Below, one piece after another: positions 18,670 to 28,455 of a DNA stretch of 28,605 bases; positions within the stretch are counted from its first letter, which is position 1; every line of letters begins with the position of its first letter. This stretch comes from Elusimicrobiota bacterium (GTDB lineage: Bacteria; Elusimicrobiota; UBA8919). The stretch spans positions 1-28,605 of the forward strand of contig JBDRIG010000061.1 in the NCBI GenBank assembly GCA_043816185.1. The letters run 5' to 3'. The notes beneath the pieces were generated by a model that saw only the letters and a program-made list of their open reading frames with translations, did not search any database and had not been told where the DNA came from. The translations under genes and the position numbers were made by a program.

Positions 18670-19413
18670 TCAAAATTTAAATTTTTTAAGTTCTTCGAAA
18701 TATGCCAAATTAGTTTGGTCAACTTTTAGCGGAGTAACAGATATATATTTTTTTTTAATTGCAAGTATGTCGCTATCTTCTATTGGATATCCTAATGGGC
18801 AATTGCTTGTAATCCAATAATATTTACATCCGCGTGGATCGATTCGTTCCGAAATTCCATCATTATAAATTCTTTTTCCCATTTTTGTAACAGCGATACC
18901 TTCTATATTATTGGTATCCGGAACATTTATATTTAGAAAAGTATATTTTGGTATCTTAGTTATTACTTTTTTGATTATTTTATAAGTATATTCTGCTGCA
19001 ATATTAAAATTGTTTTTTCCGTTGGGAACTAGTGAAATAGAAAAAGATGGAAATCCAAGCATCGCACCTTCCCTCGCTGCAGCAACGGTTCCTGAATAAA
19101 TGCAATCTTCGCCCAGATTTTGACCATCATTAATTCCCGAAATAATTACATCTACCTCACCTTTTAATATTTTCAATATTCCAAATTTTACGCAATCGGA
19201 TGGCGTGCCAGTTATTGTGTAAAATTTTTTTTTCTGTTGAATGAGACGAATGGGTCTATGAAGTGTAATTGAGTGACTAGATGCACTCATTTGAGAATCA
19301 GGAACAACCACAAAAACCTCGCCCAATTTTTCCATAACTTTAATAAGAGGCTCAAGTCCCGCACCGTGTAAACCATCATCATTAGAAATAAGAATTTTCA
19401 TATTTTTTTTCAT
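18670..19413 (-). CDS. surE: 5'/3'-nucleotidase SurE
   Basis: ILISNDDG, GTPSDCV, SGINDGQNLG, YSGTVAAA, NINVP. Confidence 0.96.
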   Translation of the reverse strand: MKKNMKILISNDDGLHGAGLEPLIKVMEKLGEVFVVVPDSQMSASSHSITLHRPIRLIQQKKKFYTITGTPSDCVKFGILKILKGEVDVIISGINDGQNLGEDCIYSGTVAAAREGAMLGFPSFSISLVPNGKNNFNIAAEYTYKIIKKVITKIPKYTFLNINVPDTNNIEGIAVTKMGKRIYNDGISERIDPRGCKYYWITSNCPLGYPIEDSDILAIKKKYISVTPLKVDQTNLAYFEELKKFKF

Positions 19414-19520
19414 ACTTTTTATATTATGCGACGATTAAAATTGATAATTAATCAATTCAAGCAGATTTTGTCTACCTTCGTCACTTTTTTTACTCACTCG
19501 AACCGTCTTTAATTATTAAA

Positions 19521-20693
<1,173 letters not shown>

Positions 20694-20771
20694 TTAATAG
20701 TTTTTTCAACAATGATTAAATAAGAAAACCATTTGTTATTTATGTCATCCACATCATTATATAAAAAAATG

Positions 20772-20799
20772 TTGACTTTTTAAAGTAAAAAAATACAAT
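20772..20799 (+). promoter_or_regulatory. Sigma70-type promoter for the SurA_N-ZIP-trxA unit
   Basis: TTGACT-16 nt-TACAAT in the divergent intergenic region. A minus-strand TATAAT at 20756-20761 may serve tgt. Confidence 0.55.
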
Positions 20800-20940
20800 G
20801 AATGCGATAAGGAAAATGTGGTTAGGTTGTAAATGGTCGAGTGTGTTTGCCACAAGCAAACAAACGATAGATTTTTTTCTTGATTTTTACGACCTATAAC
20901 TTAAATCTTGTTTTCTTATCTTTTTATTGGAGAAAATTCT

Positions 20941-21654
20941 ATGATGGATTTTATTAGAGATCATAAAAAAACGATTTTTTGGGTAACACTTATTGGCTTT
21001 TTATTTGCAACCTTTGCATATTTCGGTGCTGGAGGAATTTTAACAAAAGGTTTTGACACGGTCGCAACGGTAAATAATCAAAAAGTTTCTTACTCGGAAT
21101 ATAGTAAAGCAGTATCACGAGCAATAGAAATTCAGCGTGAAAGAAAAAAAGACGTAGAACTTACTGATGCCGATCTACAGCAAACAAAGGTCGGTATTTT
21201 AACGAATATGATTTCCGAAGAAGCATTTTATCAAACTGCTTTTAGGTATGGAATAGCCGTTACCGATGCGGAGGTCGCAGCACATCTTCAGCAAATACCA
21301 TCGTTCCAAAAAGATGGACATTTTGATCATCAAACATATTTTCAAGTATTGCGTTACGGCTTAAAAATGAATTATGGTGAATTTGAAAAATCGAGAAAAC
21401 GAGCGATTGCAGTGGACAAGGTAAGATTTTTATTTCAACTTCTTTCGAAAGTTACGGACAAGGAAGCCGAGATGGAATATTCACGGCGTAACGGAAATCT
21501 AAAAAATTATGCCTCGGAAAAAGATAAATTTATTAATACATTTCGTAATGAAAAACGAGATATATTTTTTAAACACTGGATAGCAACAGTGCAGCAGAAA
21601 ACAAAAATTCAAGATTATCTTGCAAAATTTGAACAGCAAGGTAGGGTGCAATAA
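20941..21654 (+). CDS. SurA N-terminal domain protein (PpiD-like chaperone lacking the parvulin domain)
   Basis: N-terminal TM helix, VATVNNQKVS, GIAVTDAEV, IPSFQKDGHFD; GGAG upstream of the ATG at 20941. Confidence 0.8.
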   Translation: MMDFIRDHKKTIFWVTLIGFLFATFAYFGAGGILTKGFDTVATVNNQKVSYSEYSKAVSRAIEIQRERKKDVELTDADLQQTKVGILTNMISEEAFYQTAFRYGIAVTDAEVAAHLQQIPSFQKDGHFDHQTYFQVLRYGLKMNYGEFEKSRKRAIAVDKVRFLFQLLSKVTDKEAEMEYSRRNGNLKNYASEKDKFINTFRNEKRDIFFKHWIATVQQKTKIQDYLAKFEQQGRVQ

Positions 21655-21656
21655 AA

Positions 21657-22379
21657 ATGGAATTTTCAGCAATTTTTTATTCTTTAATTGCAGCATTATC
21701 GACGATAATTGGAACACTTCTCATTTTTTATTACGAGGATTTTGCTAAACGGAACTCCATTTATTTTGTAAGTTTTGCTGCGGGTATCATGCTTGCGACG
21801 TCCTTTTTTCATTTAATACCCGAAGCAACAGAAATATCGATAAATGCTTCTGTGTGGGTACTTTGCGGATTTTTAGCTTTTTACGTAATTCAAAACTTTT
21901 TAATAACGATTCATCCTTGTGTCGAAGAAAATTGCAAAGTTCACCAGTTGGGCATAATGTCGTTTATTGGGCTTTCCGTTCACTCACTTTTAGACGGTAT
22001 TGCAATTGCAATCGGATTTGAAGTTTCCACATCAATAGGGTTGTTTACTGCATTTGCGGTAATTTTGCATGAGTTTCCCGAAGGACTTGTAACCACTGGG
22101 ATTTTAATTCATACTGGTGAGACAAGGAAAAAAATTTGGATTTATTCACTAATTGTGGCACTTGCAACGCCATTTGGAGTAATTGTTTCACTTTTATTTC
22201 TAAAAAATTTGTCGTCTAATGTTTTGGGTATTATTCTTTCTATAACAGCAGGTTCTTTTGTTTATCTTGCAGCAGCAGATTTAATTCCAGAAATCCATAA
22301 ATCAAACAGAAAAATAAACAGCGTAATTTTGTTATTTGGAATTTTTGTAACTTTTGTACTCGGTAAAATTTTTCACTAA
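21657..22379 (+). CDS. ZIP family metal transporter
   Basis: SFAAGIMLATSFFHLIPEA, HSLLDGIAI, HEFPEG, DLIPE. Confidence 0.9.
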   Translation: MEFSAIFYSLIAALSTIIGTLLIFYYEDFAKRNSIYFVSFAAGIMLATSFFHLIPEATEISINASVWVLCGFLAFYVIQNFLITIHPCVEENCKVHQLGIMSFIGLSVHSLLDGIAIAIGFEVSTSIGLFTAFAVILHEFPEGLVTTGILIHTGETRKKIWIYSLIVALATPFGVIVSLLFLKNLSSNVLGIILSITAGSFVYLAAADLIPEIHKSNRKINSVILLFGIFVTFVLGKIFH

Positions 22380-22450
22380 AATAGAAACAAAAGGACGATT
22401 CTAAAGAATCTATTTCTGGAATAGAAGTTTAACTGTGGAGTAGAGATAAA

Positions 22451-22771
22451 ATGAACGAGATTATTTTGACGGATGCTAATTTTGAGGATGAGGTTTTGAA
22501 ATCAACGATTCCTGTGCTTGTTGATTTTTGGGCAACTTGGTGTGGACCTTGCAAAATGATTGCACCTGTAATTTCTGAGATAGCAGTCGAATTTGCCGGA
22601 AAAATAAAAGTTGGAAAATTAAATGTCGACGAAAATTCGAAAAAACCATCCGAATTTAGTATTTCTAATATACCAACACTTTTAGTTTTCAAGGATGGTC
22701 AAATAGTTAAAAAAATTGTCGGGTTTTCAGGAAAAGCAAAATTAGTTGCAGAAATCAATTCAATTTTTTAA
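22451..22771 (+). CDS. trxA: Thioredoxin
   Basis: VDFWATWCGPCK and IPTL motifs; 106 aa. Confidence 0.97.
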   Translation: MNEIILTDANFEDEVLKSTIPVLVDFWATWCGPCKMIAPVISEIAVEFAGKIKVGKLNVDENSKKPSEFSISNIPTLLVFKDGQIVKKIVGFSGKAKLVAEINSIF

Positions 22772-22789
22772 TTTTTTCAATCCTGTTAG

Positions 22790-23093
22790 CACTACTTCGT
22801 TAAACTCAGTTTGTTATTACGAGCGATTTTGTCCGTCATTGAGACTGTGTCGCAATCCATCTTTTACCATCTAGTGTTGGATTGCAGTACCATATTTTAC
22901 CATCAGTTGCTATACTCTATAAAAATGCAATTTTTTAGCTCATTGCGACACAGTCTGATTGCGGGCGACAGCGAAGCAATCTCGACGTTGACTATGAGAT
23001 TGCCACGGACTTCGCCCTCGCAATGCCACTCTGTTGCAATAACCATGAACATAAAATAGGTTGGCAGTAAATGAGTTGCTTAACGAAGTAGTG
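22790..23093 (+). mobile_element. MITE family C composite containing REP-like hairpins and nested MITE A
   Basis: Perfect 14-bp TIRs CACTACTTCGTTAA...TTAACGAAGTAGTG with 4-bp TSD TTAG/TTAG; subterminal sequences match 15554-15623. Confidence 0.85.
22841..22957 (+). mobile_element. MITE family A, copy 4 (117 bp)
   Basis: GAGACTGTGTCGCAAT...ATTGCGACACAGTCTG flanked by ATT/ATT within GTC-ATT-GCG. Confidence 0.9.
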
Positions 23094-23105
23094 TTAGATA
23101 ATCTA

Positions 23106-23666
23106 TTAGATAACTTTGTGTTTAGTTAGTAGGGCAAGCATTTTTTGAAATTTTTTTAGAGGGAAACCAACGACGTTTAGGTAATCCCCATTTATTTTTT
23201 GTACGAAACGATCATCTTTTGACTGAATTGAGTACGCTCCCGCCTTATCAAGATGTTTTCTACAAACATTTTCAATATCCTCTTTGGAAAGTTTTCTGAA
23301 TTTTATCCCCGTTTTTTCATAGCCAACAATCTGTTTCTTATTGACGGTATCTAAAATTACAACACCTGTATAAACAAAATGTTTAGAGTCAGAAAGTTTT
23401 CTTAGAATTTTTCTTGCCTCGAATTCATTCTTTGGTTTTCCTATTATTTCACCAGCCAAAACAACAATTGTATCCGCTCCAATAATTATTCCACTACGAT
23501 TAATAGCCTTTGCTTTTTTTAAGGCGAGAGATTTTACTATTTCGGAAGGACACTTTTTGCTTGATATTTTTTCTGATATTTTCGGGTGAACGATTTCAAA
23601 TTTGTATCCAGCATTTTTAAGTATTTCTCTTCTCTGAGGAGATGCTGATCCTAATATAAGTTTCAT
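23106..23666 (-). CDS. maf: Maf family nucleoside triphosphate pyrophosphatase
   Basis: LILGSASPQRREIL, GADTIV, GKPK, DKAGAYSIQ, NVVGFP; ATGA overlap with amrS. Confidence 0.93.
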   Translation of the reverse strand: MKLILGSASPQRREILKNAGYKFEIVHPKISEKISSKKCPSEIVKSLALKKAKAINRSGIIIGADTIVVLAGEIIGKPKNEFEARKILRKLSDSKHFVYTGVVILDTVNKKQIVGYEKTGIKFRKLSKEDIENVCRKHLDKAGAYSIQSKDDRFVQKINGDYLNVVGFPLKKFQKMLALLTKHKVI

Positions 23667-24685
23667 ATTTTAGATGTTAAAATTCTATATCCGCATTTTT
23701 CACACTGACCATTTTTTAGACCAACACTTTTTATGTTATAGCCAATACGTTCTATTAAAATTTCTTTGCATTTCGGACAGTAAGTTCTGTTATATTCTAA
23801 TTCCATTACATTACCGAGATAAACATGTTTTAATTTTTTTAGTGCAATTTTTCTTGCTTTTTCAAGTGTTTGAAGTGGTGTCGCCTCAATTGTCATTTTA
23901 TAACAAGGAAAATATTTTGAAAAGTGAAGTGGAATTTCATCGTCCAAAGACCAGATCCAATCAACCAAATCAGAAATTTCTTTGTCAGAATCGTTTAACC
24001 CCGGAATAATCAGATTTGTTATTTCAACATGCTTTTTCTTTTTGACAAGTATTTCTACCATCTTCAAAATAGGAGCAAGTTTACCACCACAATATTTTTT
24101 GTAAAATTCATCACTAAAAGATTTTACGTCAATATTTGCAGCATCTATAGTTTCTACAATGTTGTAAAGCGGTTCTTCGTTTATGTAACCGTTTGAAACA
24201 AGAACATTTTTTAGTCCGTATTTTTTTGTTTCCAACATCGTATCTTTTAGCCACTCGTAATTAATAAATGGTTCATTATATGTGTAGGCAATGCCGATTG
24301 AATGATGTTGTTTGGCGAGCGTAATTGCGTCGGAGGATGTAATTGTTTTTAAGTAATATTTATCCAGATCTTTAATGGAAAAAGCTGCCTGTGAAATTTC
24401 AAAATTTTGACAAAATTGACAATGGAGATTACATCCGAGGCTACCCAAAGATAGAATTTCGCTGCCAGGATAAAAATGGTAAAGCGGTTTTTTTTCTATT
24501 GGATCTATAGAAACGGATGTAAATTTATTATAAGCAAGCGTAAAAAGCTTCCCATCAACATTTTTTCTGATACCGCAGTTACCGATTTTACCGTCGGCAA
24601 TTATGCAATATCGTGGGCATAAATTACACTTTATCTGCTTTTTTTCCTCGTTACCGTAGGTTTCAAAATACAATGCATTTTTCAT
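23663..24685 (-). CDS. amrS: AmmeMemoRadiSam system radical SAM enzyme
   Basis: CNLCPRYC, DPIEKKPLYHFYPG, GCNLHCQFCQN, AYTYNEP, PLHFS, YLGNV, C-terminal CPKC/CEKC. Confidence 0.9.
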   Translation of the reverse strand: MKNALYFETYGNEEKKQIKCNLCPRYCIIADGKIGNCGIRKNVDGKLFTLAYNKFTSVSIDPIEKKPLYHFYPGSEILSLGSLGCNLHCQFCQNFEISQAAFSIKDLDKYYLKTITSSDAITLAKQHHSIGIAYTYNEPFINYEWLKDTMLETKKYGLKNVLVSNGYINEEPLYNIVETIDAANIDVKSFSDEFYKKYCGGKLAPILKMVEILVKKKKHVEITNLIIPGLNDSDKEISDLVDWIWSLDDEIPLHFSKYFPCYKMTIEATPLQTLEKARKIALKKLKHVYLGNVMELEYNRTYCPKCKEILIERIGYNIKSVGLKNGQCEKCGYRILTSKI

Positions 24686-24724
24686 TTTTAACCGTTTTAA
24701 TCGCCAAATCTTTCCCCACCACCA

Positions 24725-25415
24725 GAGCGAGGGAAAAGTTTCTGCAGAGCCTCAATTTGCGACTTATTTGTTCCAGGAGCAAATTGCAGAGCGAGTTCTG
24801 ACGAGCGTCTCAAAGAAACTTATTCCCGAACGCCCTTTAATTGCCTTTCACCTTATTCCAATCGTCGAGCGAGGGAAAAGTTTCTGCAGAGCCTCAATTT
24901 GCGACTTATTTGTTCCAGGAGCAAATTGCAGAGCGAGTTCTGACGAGCGTCTCAAAGAAACTTATTCCCGAGCGCCCCTTAATGCCTTTCACCTTATATC
25001 ATCGCAGAGCGAGGGAAAAGTTTTTGCAGAGCCTCAATTTGCGACTTATTTGTTCCAGGAGCAAATTGCAGAGCGAGTTCTGACGAGCGTCTCAAAGAAA
25101 CTTATTCCCGAACGCCCTTTAATTGCCGATCCACCTTATATCATCGCAGAGCGAGGGGGTTGCTGAGAGGAACCTCACGGAGCACCGCATACACTATTAC
25201 TTTTCACCTTTTTTCCATCGCGGTGCGAGGGAAAGATTTTTGAAGAGCCTCGATTTGCGACTTATTCGTTCCAGGAGCAAATCGCAGAGCGAGTTCTCAC
25301 GAGCGTCTCAAAAAAATCTGTTCCCGAGCGACCTTCACCTTATGACTTTTAGCGGTGCGAGTGAGAGCCCGCCCTCAAAGGCGAGGCGTTTCCGCGAAGC
25401 AATTCCCGAGCGCCC
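24725..25415 (+). repeat. Tandem array of structured repeats: three near-identical 111-bp units, one divergent unit and two short variants; candidate ncRNA or ssDNA hairpin array
   Basis: Units at 24725-24835, 24867-24977, 25007-25117 (period 140-142) and 25220-25333; short variants at 25149-25188 and 25352-25415. Nested inverted repeats with compensatory substitutions. Confidence 0.9.
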
Positions 25416-25416
25416 T

Positions 25417-26637
25417 TCATTTTAACAACTCAACTATATTTGCGTTCTTAAAATCAAAGAGTTTACAAAAATTGTCTTCTTCGTTATCTTTATACTTTTC
25501 TCTTATAACATATATCTCATTTATATTCGCTAAAAAAACATCTAAAATTTTTTCGTCAAAATGCTTGCCACTTCCTTCTTTAATAATGCTTATTACTTGC
25601 TCGTCAGGAAACGACTCCTTATAACATCTTTTTGAAGAGAGTGCATCGTAGACATCGGCAAGAGCAACAATTTTACCTTCGATTGGAATTTCATCGCCTT
25701 TAAGTGATAACGGATAACCAGTGCCATCAATTTTTTCATGATGTGTTAAAGCAACAATTCGTGATTTTTTTAAAATCTCAGCAGTCGCATCTTTTAAAAT
25801 CATAGCACCAATAATTGTATGCTGTTCCATTATTGCCCTTTCCTCAGCAGTAAGTTTTTCAGGTTTTTGCAAAATTGCATCTGGAATACCTAATTTTCCT
25901 ATGTCATGCATAGGTGCCGACCAGAAGATATCTTCCGATTCTTTCGCAGACAACCCAATTTTTCTGGCTATGATTTTTGAATAATGGCTTACTCGTTTTA
26001 TGTGATTTCCCGTCTCTTTGTTTCTATAGTCAGATGCCATACTAAAATGTAATATTGTATCGAGGTGAGCATTTTTAAGTTCTTCTGTAAGCCTTGTGTT
26101 TTGTATTGCAACTGCTGCCTGTGAAGAAAAAGATGTTGCAATTTTTTGATGCTCATCAGTAAAAGGAACAATTTTATTATCACAAAGCGAATTTATAAGT
26201 TGCAACACTCCAATAATTTCTTTGTTGTAATTAAGTATCGGGACAACTAACATTGAAATGGTCTGGTAGTCATATTTTTTATCAATCGTGAAATCATAAT
26301 GAAACTCAGAATCTTCTGGAATGTTTTGAACGTTAGGTATATTTAACGACTGATAAGTAGTTGCCACGTATTCTGCAATACTTTGCTTAGCTATGGGCAT
26401 CTCGAAACTTTTAAAAATTTCACGCGTCCTTTTTTCGCCTAATCTTTTAAAATATGTGTTTGAACGAAAGACCTTAAAAACAAGTTTGCCGTCAGAAACT
26501 AAATAAATTGAGCCGCTATCAGCAGATGTAAGTTTCTGTGCACTAAACAAAATCATATCCAAGAGTTTATCTAAATTGTGGACACTGGATAATGCAACGC
26601 CTATATTTAATAATTCCTCAAAATCTCTTATCTGCAT
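25417..26637 (-). CDS. GAF plus HD-GYP domain cyclic dinucleotide phosphodiesterase
   Basis: GAF (ADSGSIYL, SMLVVPI, IGVLQLIN); ETGNHIKRV, HDIGK, HHEKIDGTGYP, ADVYDAL. Confidence 0.9.
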   Translation of the reverse strand: MQIRDFEELLNIGVALSSVHNLDKLLDMILFSAQKLTSADSGSIYLVSDGKLVFKVFRSNTYFKRLGEKRTREIFKSFEMPIAKQSIAEYVATTYQSLNIPNVQNIPEDSEFHYDFTIDKKYDYQTISMLVVPILNYNKEIIGVLQLINSLCDNKIVPFTDEHQKIATSFSSQAAVAIQNTRLTEELKNAHLDTILHFSMASDYRNKETGNHIKRVSHYSKIIARKIGLSAKESEDIFWSAPMHDIGKLGIPDAILQKPEKLTAEERAIMEQHTIIGAMILKDATAEILKKSRIVALTHHEKIDGTGYPLSLKGDEIPIEGKIVALADVYDALSSKRCYKESFPDEQVISIIKEGSGKHFDEKILDVFLANINEIYVIREKYKDNEEDNFCKLFDFKNANIVELLK

Positions 26638-26754
26638 ATTTTTATAAATAAGTTTGAGACGTAAATCGCTTTGAGATACAAATTGCCAGTTGCTTCGTTA
26701 CTGACGAACTTGCTCAGTCAGTTACTCGGTTTCCAATCTACTGTTTACCGTCTT

Positions 26755-28416
26755 CTATCCCGCCTCCTGTCCTACACCACCTACCACTGTTTTTAGTTTA
26801 TTAAATTTTTTTCTAAATGTCAAAAAAATTATTGAAATTATTATACACAAATATGCAAAAATATCGCCGAATTTGGTATAAAAAGTTTTTTTATCGACGG
26901 TATCCATTGTTGGAATGTCGTCTATTAACACCGTTGTTGTAAAAATTTCTGTCTTTTTTCTTATCCTGCCAAATGGATCAATAAATCCAGAAATTCCAGT
27001 GTTTGCTGCTCTCACAATAAAACGCCTATTTTCAACTGCTCTAAAAATATTCATTGTAAAATGTTGATAAGGCGCAGATGTTTTAAGATACCATCCATCG
27101 TTTGTTAAATTGACAATTATCTGTGCACCATTTTTAACCGATTTTCTTATCTCATTCGGAAAAATTGCTTCGAAACAAATATTTACACCAAGTTTGCCTA
27201 TCGATGAATTTATTACATTGTGTTCTTTATCAGATGAAAACTCTCCAATTTCATTAATTACTTTTATAAATTTACACAAAAAATTTCTCAAAGGAACATA
27301 CTCGCCAAAAGGTACGAGATGGTTTTTTGAATATTCACCTATAATTTTACCGTCGGAAGATATTAAAAATGCTGAGATATAAAGTTTATCATTTCTATAA
27401 TCGTTTGAACTAACAAGATGTTGGACTTTGGTTTTCTTAGCAATATTGACGGTCCAATCGTAAACTTCTTGTTCGCTTTTTAAATAACCTGGAAGAGATG
27501 ATTCAGGCCAAATAACAAGTGCAGAGGGTATGGAGTTTGTAGTTTGGAGTTTGGAGTTGAGAGTACGGAGTGGAGAGCGTGGAGTACGAAGCGGAAAGTT
27601 GAGAGTGGTTAGTAGAGCAAGTCGATTGTATGTATCCATTATTTCTTGCTCATATTGTTTATTCCATTTTTTGTGCTGGTCTATATTGCCTTGAAGAATA
27701 GAGAGACGGCAAGTTGTAAGTGGTAGGCAGCGAGTAGTGAGTTTTGAGAAACCGAAAATTAGGCAAATCAAAACTAATAGTAATGTAAATCCACAATTTT
27801 TAATGTTGCCGTTTCGAATCAAAGACGAAGAATTTTTTTTATGAGATACTTCGCCACGCTCAACACAACATTTTGAATTATTTGTAATTATGCTTACTAT
27901 CGCCAAATTCACAAGTATAATTAAAAATGAAACTCCGTAAATACCGGTAAATTCAGAAATCTGTATTATTGGTAGATTACTCCATTGTGTATATCCTAAT
28001 AGTGCCCACGGAAAACCTGTAAATAGATAGGTACGAATAAATTCGAGAGAAATCCAGAGAGAGGCAAAAAATAGTGGAAATGAAGTAGGAAAAAGAGAGG
28101 AGAGAAAACAGAAAAAACCATAATAAACAGCGAGATAAAATGAAAGTAAAAATAAAACGATTACACCGATAATAATTGGTTCGCCCGCTGTTGAAAAGGT
28201 TGGAACAAGCCAATATAGAATCCCACAATATGCAATAAATCCAGTCAAGGTTCCATATAAAAATGATTTTAATGGTTTCTCATTTTGAACTGCTAAAAAA
28301 AGTGGAACAAGAAAAATCCATGCAAGAAACCAAAATGATCCCGTAGAATGCGAGATTGGAAAAGATAAAATTATTAATATTGCAGACGATATACAAAGAA
28401 ATATTTTTTTTCTCAC
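26755..28416 (-). CDS. lnt: Apolipoprotein N-acyltransferase
   Basis: TGFPWALLGYTQ, QGNI, WPESS, KNHLVPFGEY, ICFEAIF, TNDGWY, RAANTGIS. Start chosen at GTG 28416 because the ORF further upstream runs through MITE DNA. Confidence 0.92.
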   Translation of the reverse strand: MRKKIFLCISSAILIILSFPISHSTGSFWFLAWIFLVPLFLAVQNEKPLKSFLYGTLTGFIAYCGILYWLVPTFSTAGEPIIIGVIVLFLLSFYLAVYYGFFCFLSSLFPTSFPLFFASLWISLEFIRTYLFTGFPWALLGYTQWSNLPIIQISEFTGIYGVSFLIILVNLAIVSIITNNSKCCVERGEVSHKKNSSSLIRNGNIKNCGFTLLLVLICLIFGFSKLTTRCLPLTTCRLSILQGNIDQHKKWNKQYEQEIMDTYNRLALLTTLNFPLRTPRSPLRTLNSKLQTTNSIPSALVIWPESSLPGYLKSEQEVYDWTVNIAKKTKVQHLVSSNDYRNDKLYISAFLISSDGKIIGEYSKNHLVPFGEYVPLRNFLCKFIKVINEIGEFSSDKEHNVINSSIGKLGVNICFEAIFPNEIRKSVKNGAQIIVNLTNDGWYLKTSAPYQHFTMNIFRAVENRRFIVRAANTGISGFIDPFGRIRKKTEIFTTTVLIDDIPTMDTVDKKTFYTKFGDIFAYLCIIISIIFLTFRKKFNKLKTVVGGVGQEAG

Positions 28417-28417
28417 T

Positions 28418-28455
28418 GAGACTGTGCCATAACTCCACTTTTGGTAATTGCGAGC
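28418..28455 (+). mobile_element. Left end of MITE family B, interrupted
   Basis: GAGACTGTGCCATAACTCCACTTTTGGTAATTGCGAG matches 6838-6874; similarity then stops. Confidence 0.75.

Noticed and set aside
24798..24820. Hammerhead ribozyme core (CTGACGA...GAAAC) in the array units
   Set aside because: No stem II closes onto GAAA, stem I cannot form, and the divergent unit changes both motifs (CTCACGA, AAAAT).
24725..24835. Known riboswitch (c-di-GMP-I, SAM-I, glycine)
   Set aside because: Consensus motifs were not seen by eye on either strand; an Rfam search is still needed.
24725..25415. CRISPR array
   Set aside because: Repeats are ~111 bp, the linkers resemble one another rather than being unique spacers, and no cas genes are in the window.
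24613..25425. ORFs across the array (24613-24801, 24768-25166, 24841-25083, 25123-25425)
   Set aside because: The period of 140-142 shifts frame between units, and the substitutions preserve base pairing rather than codons.
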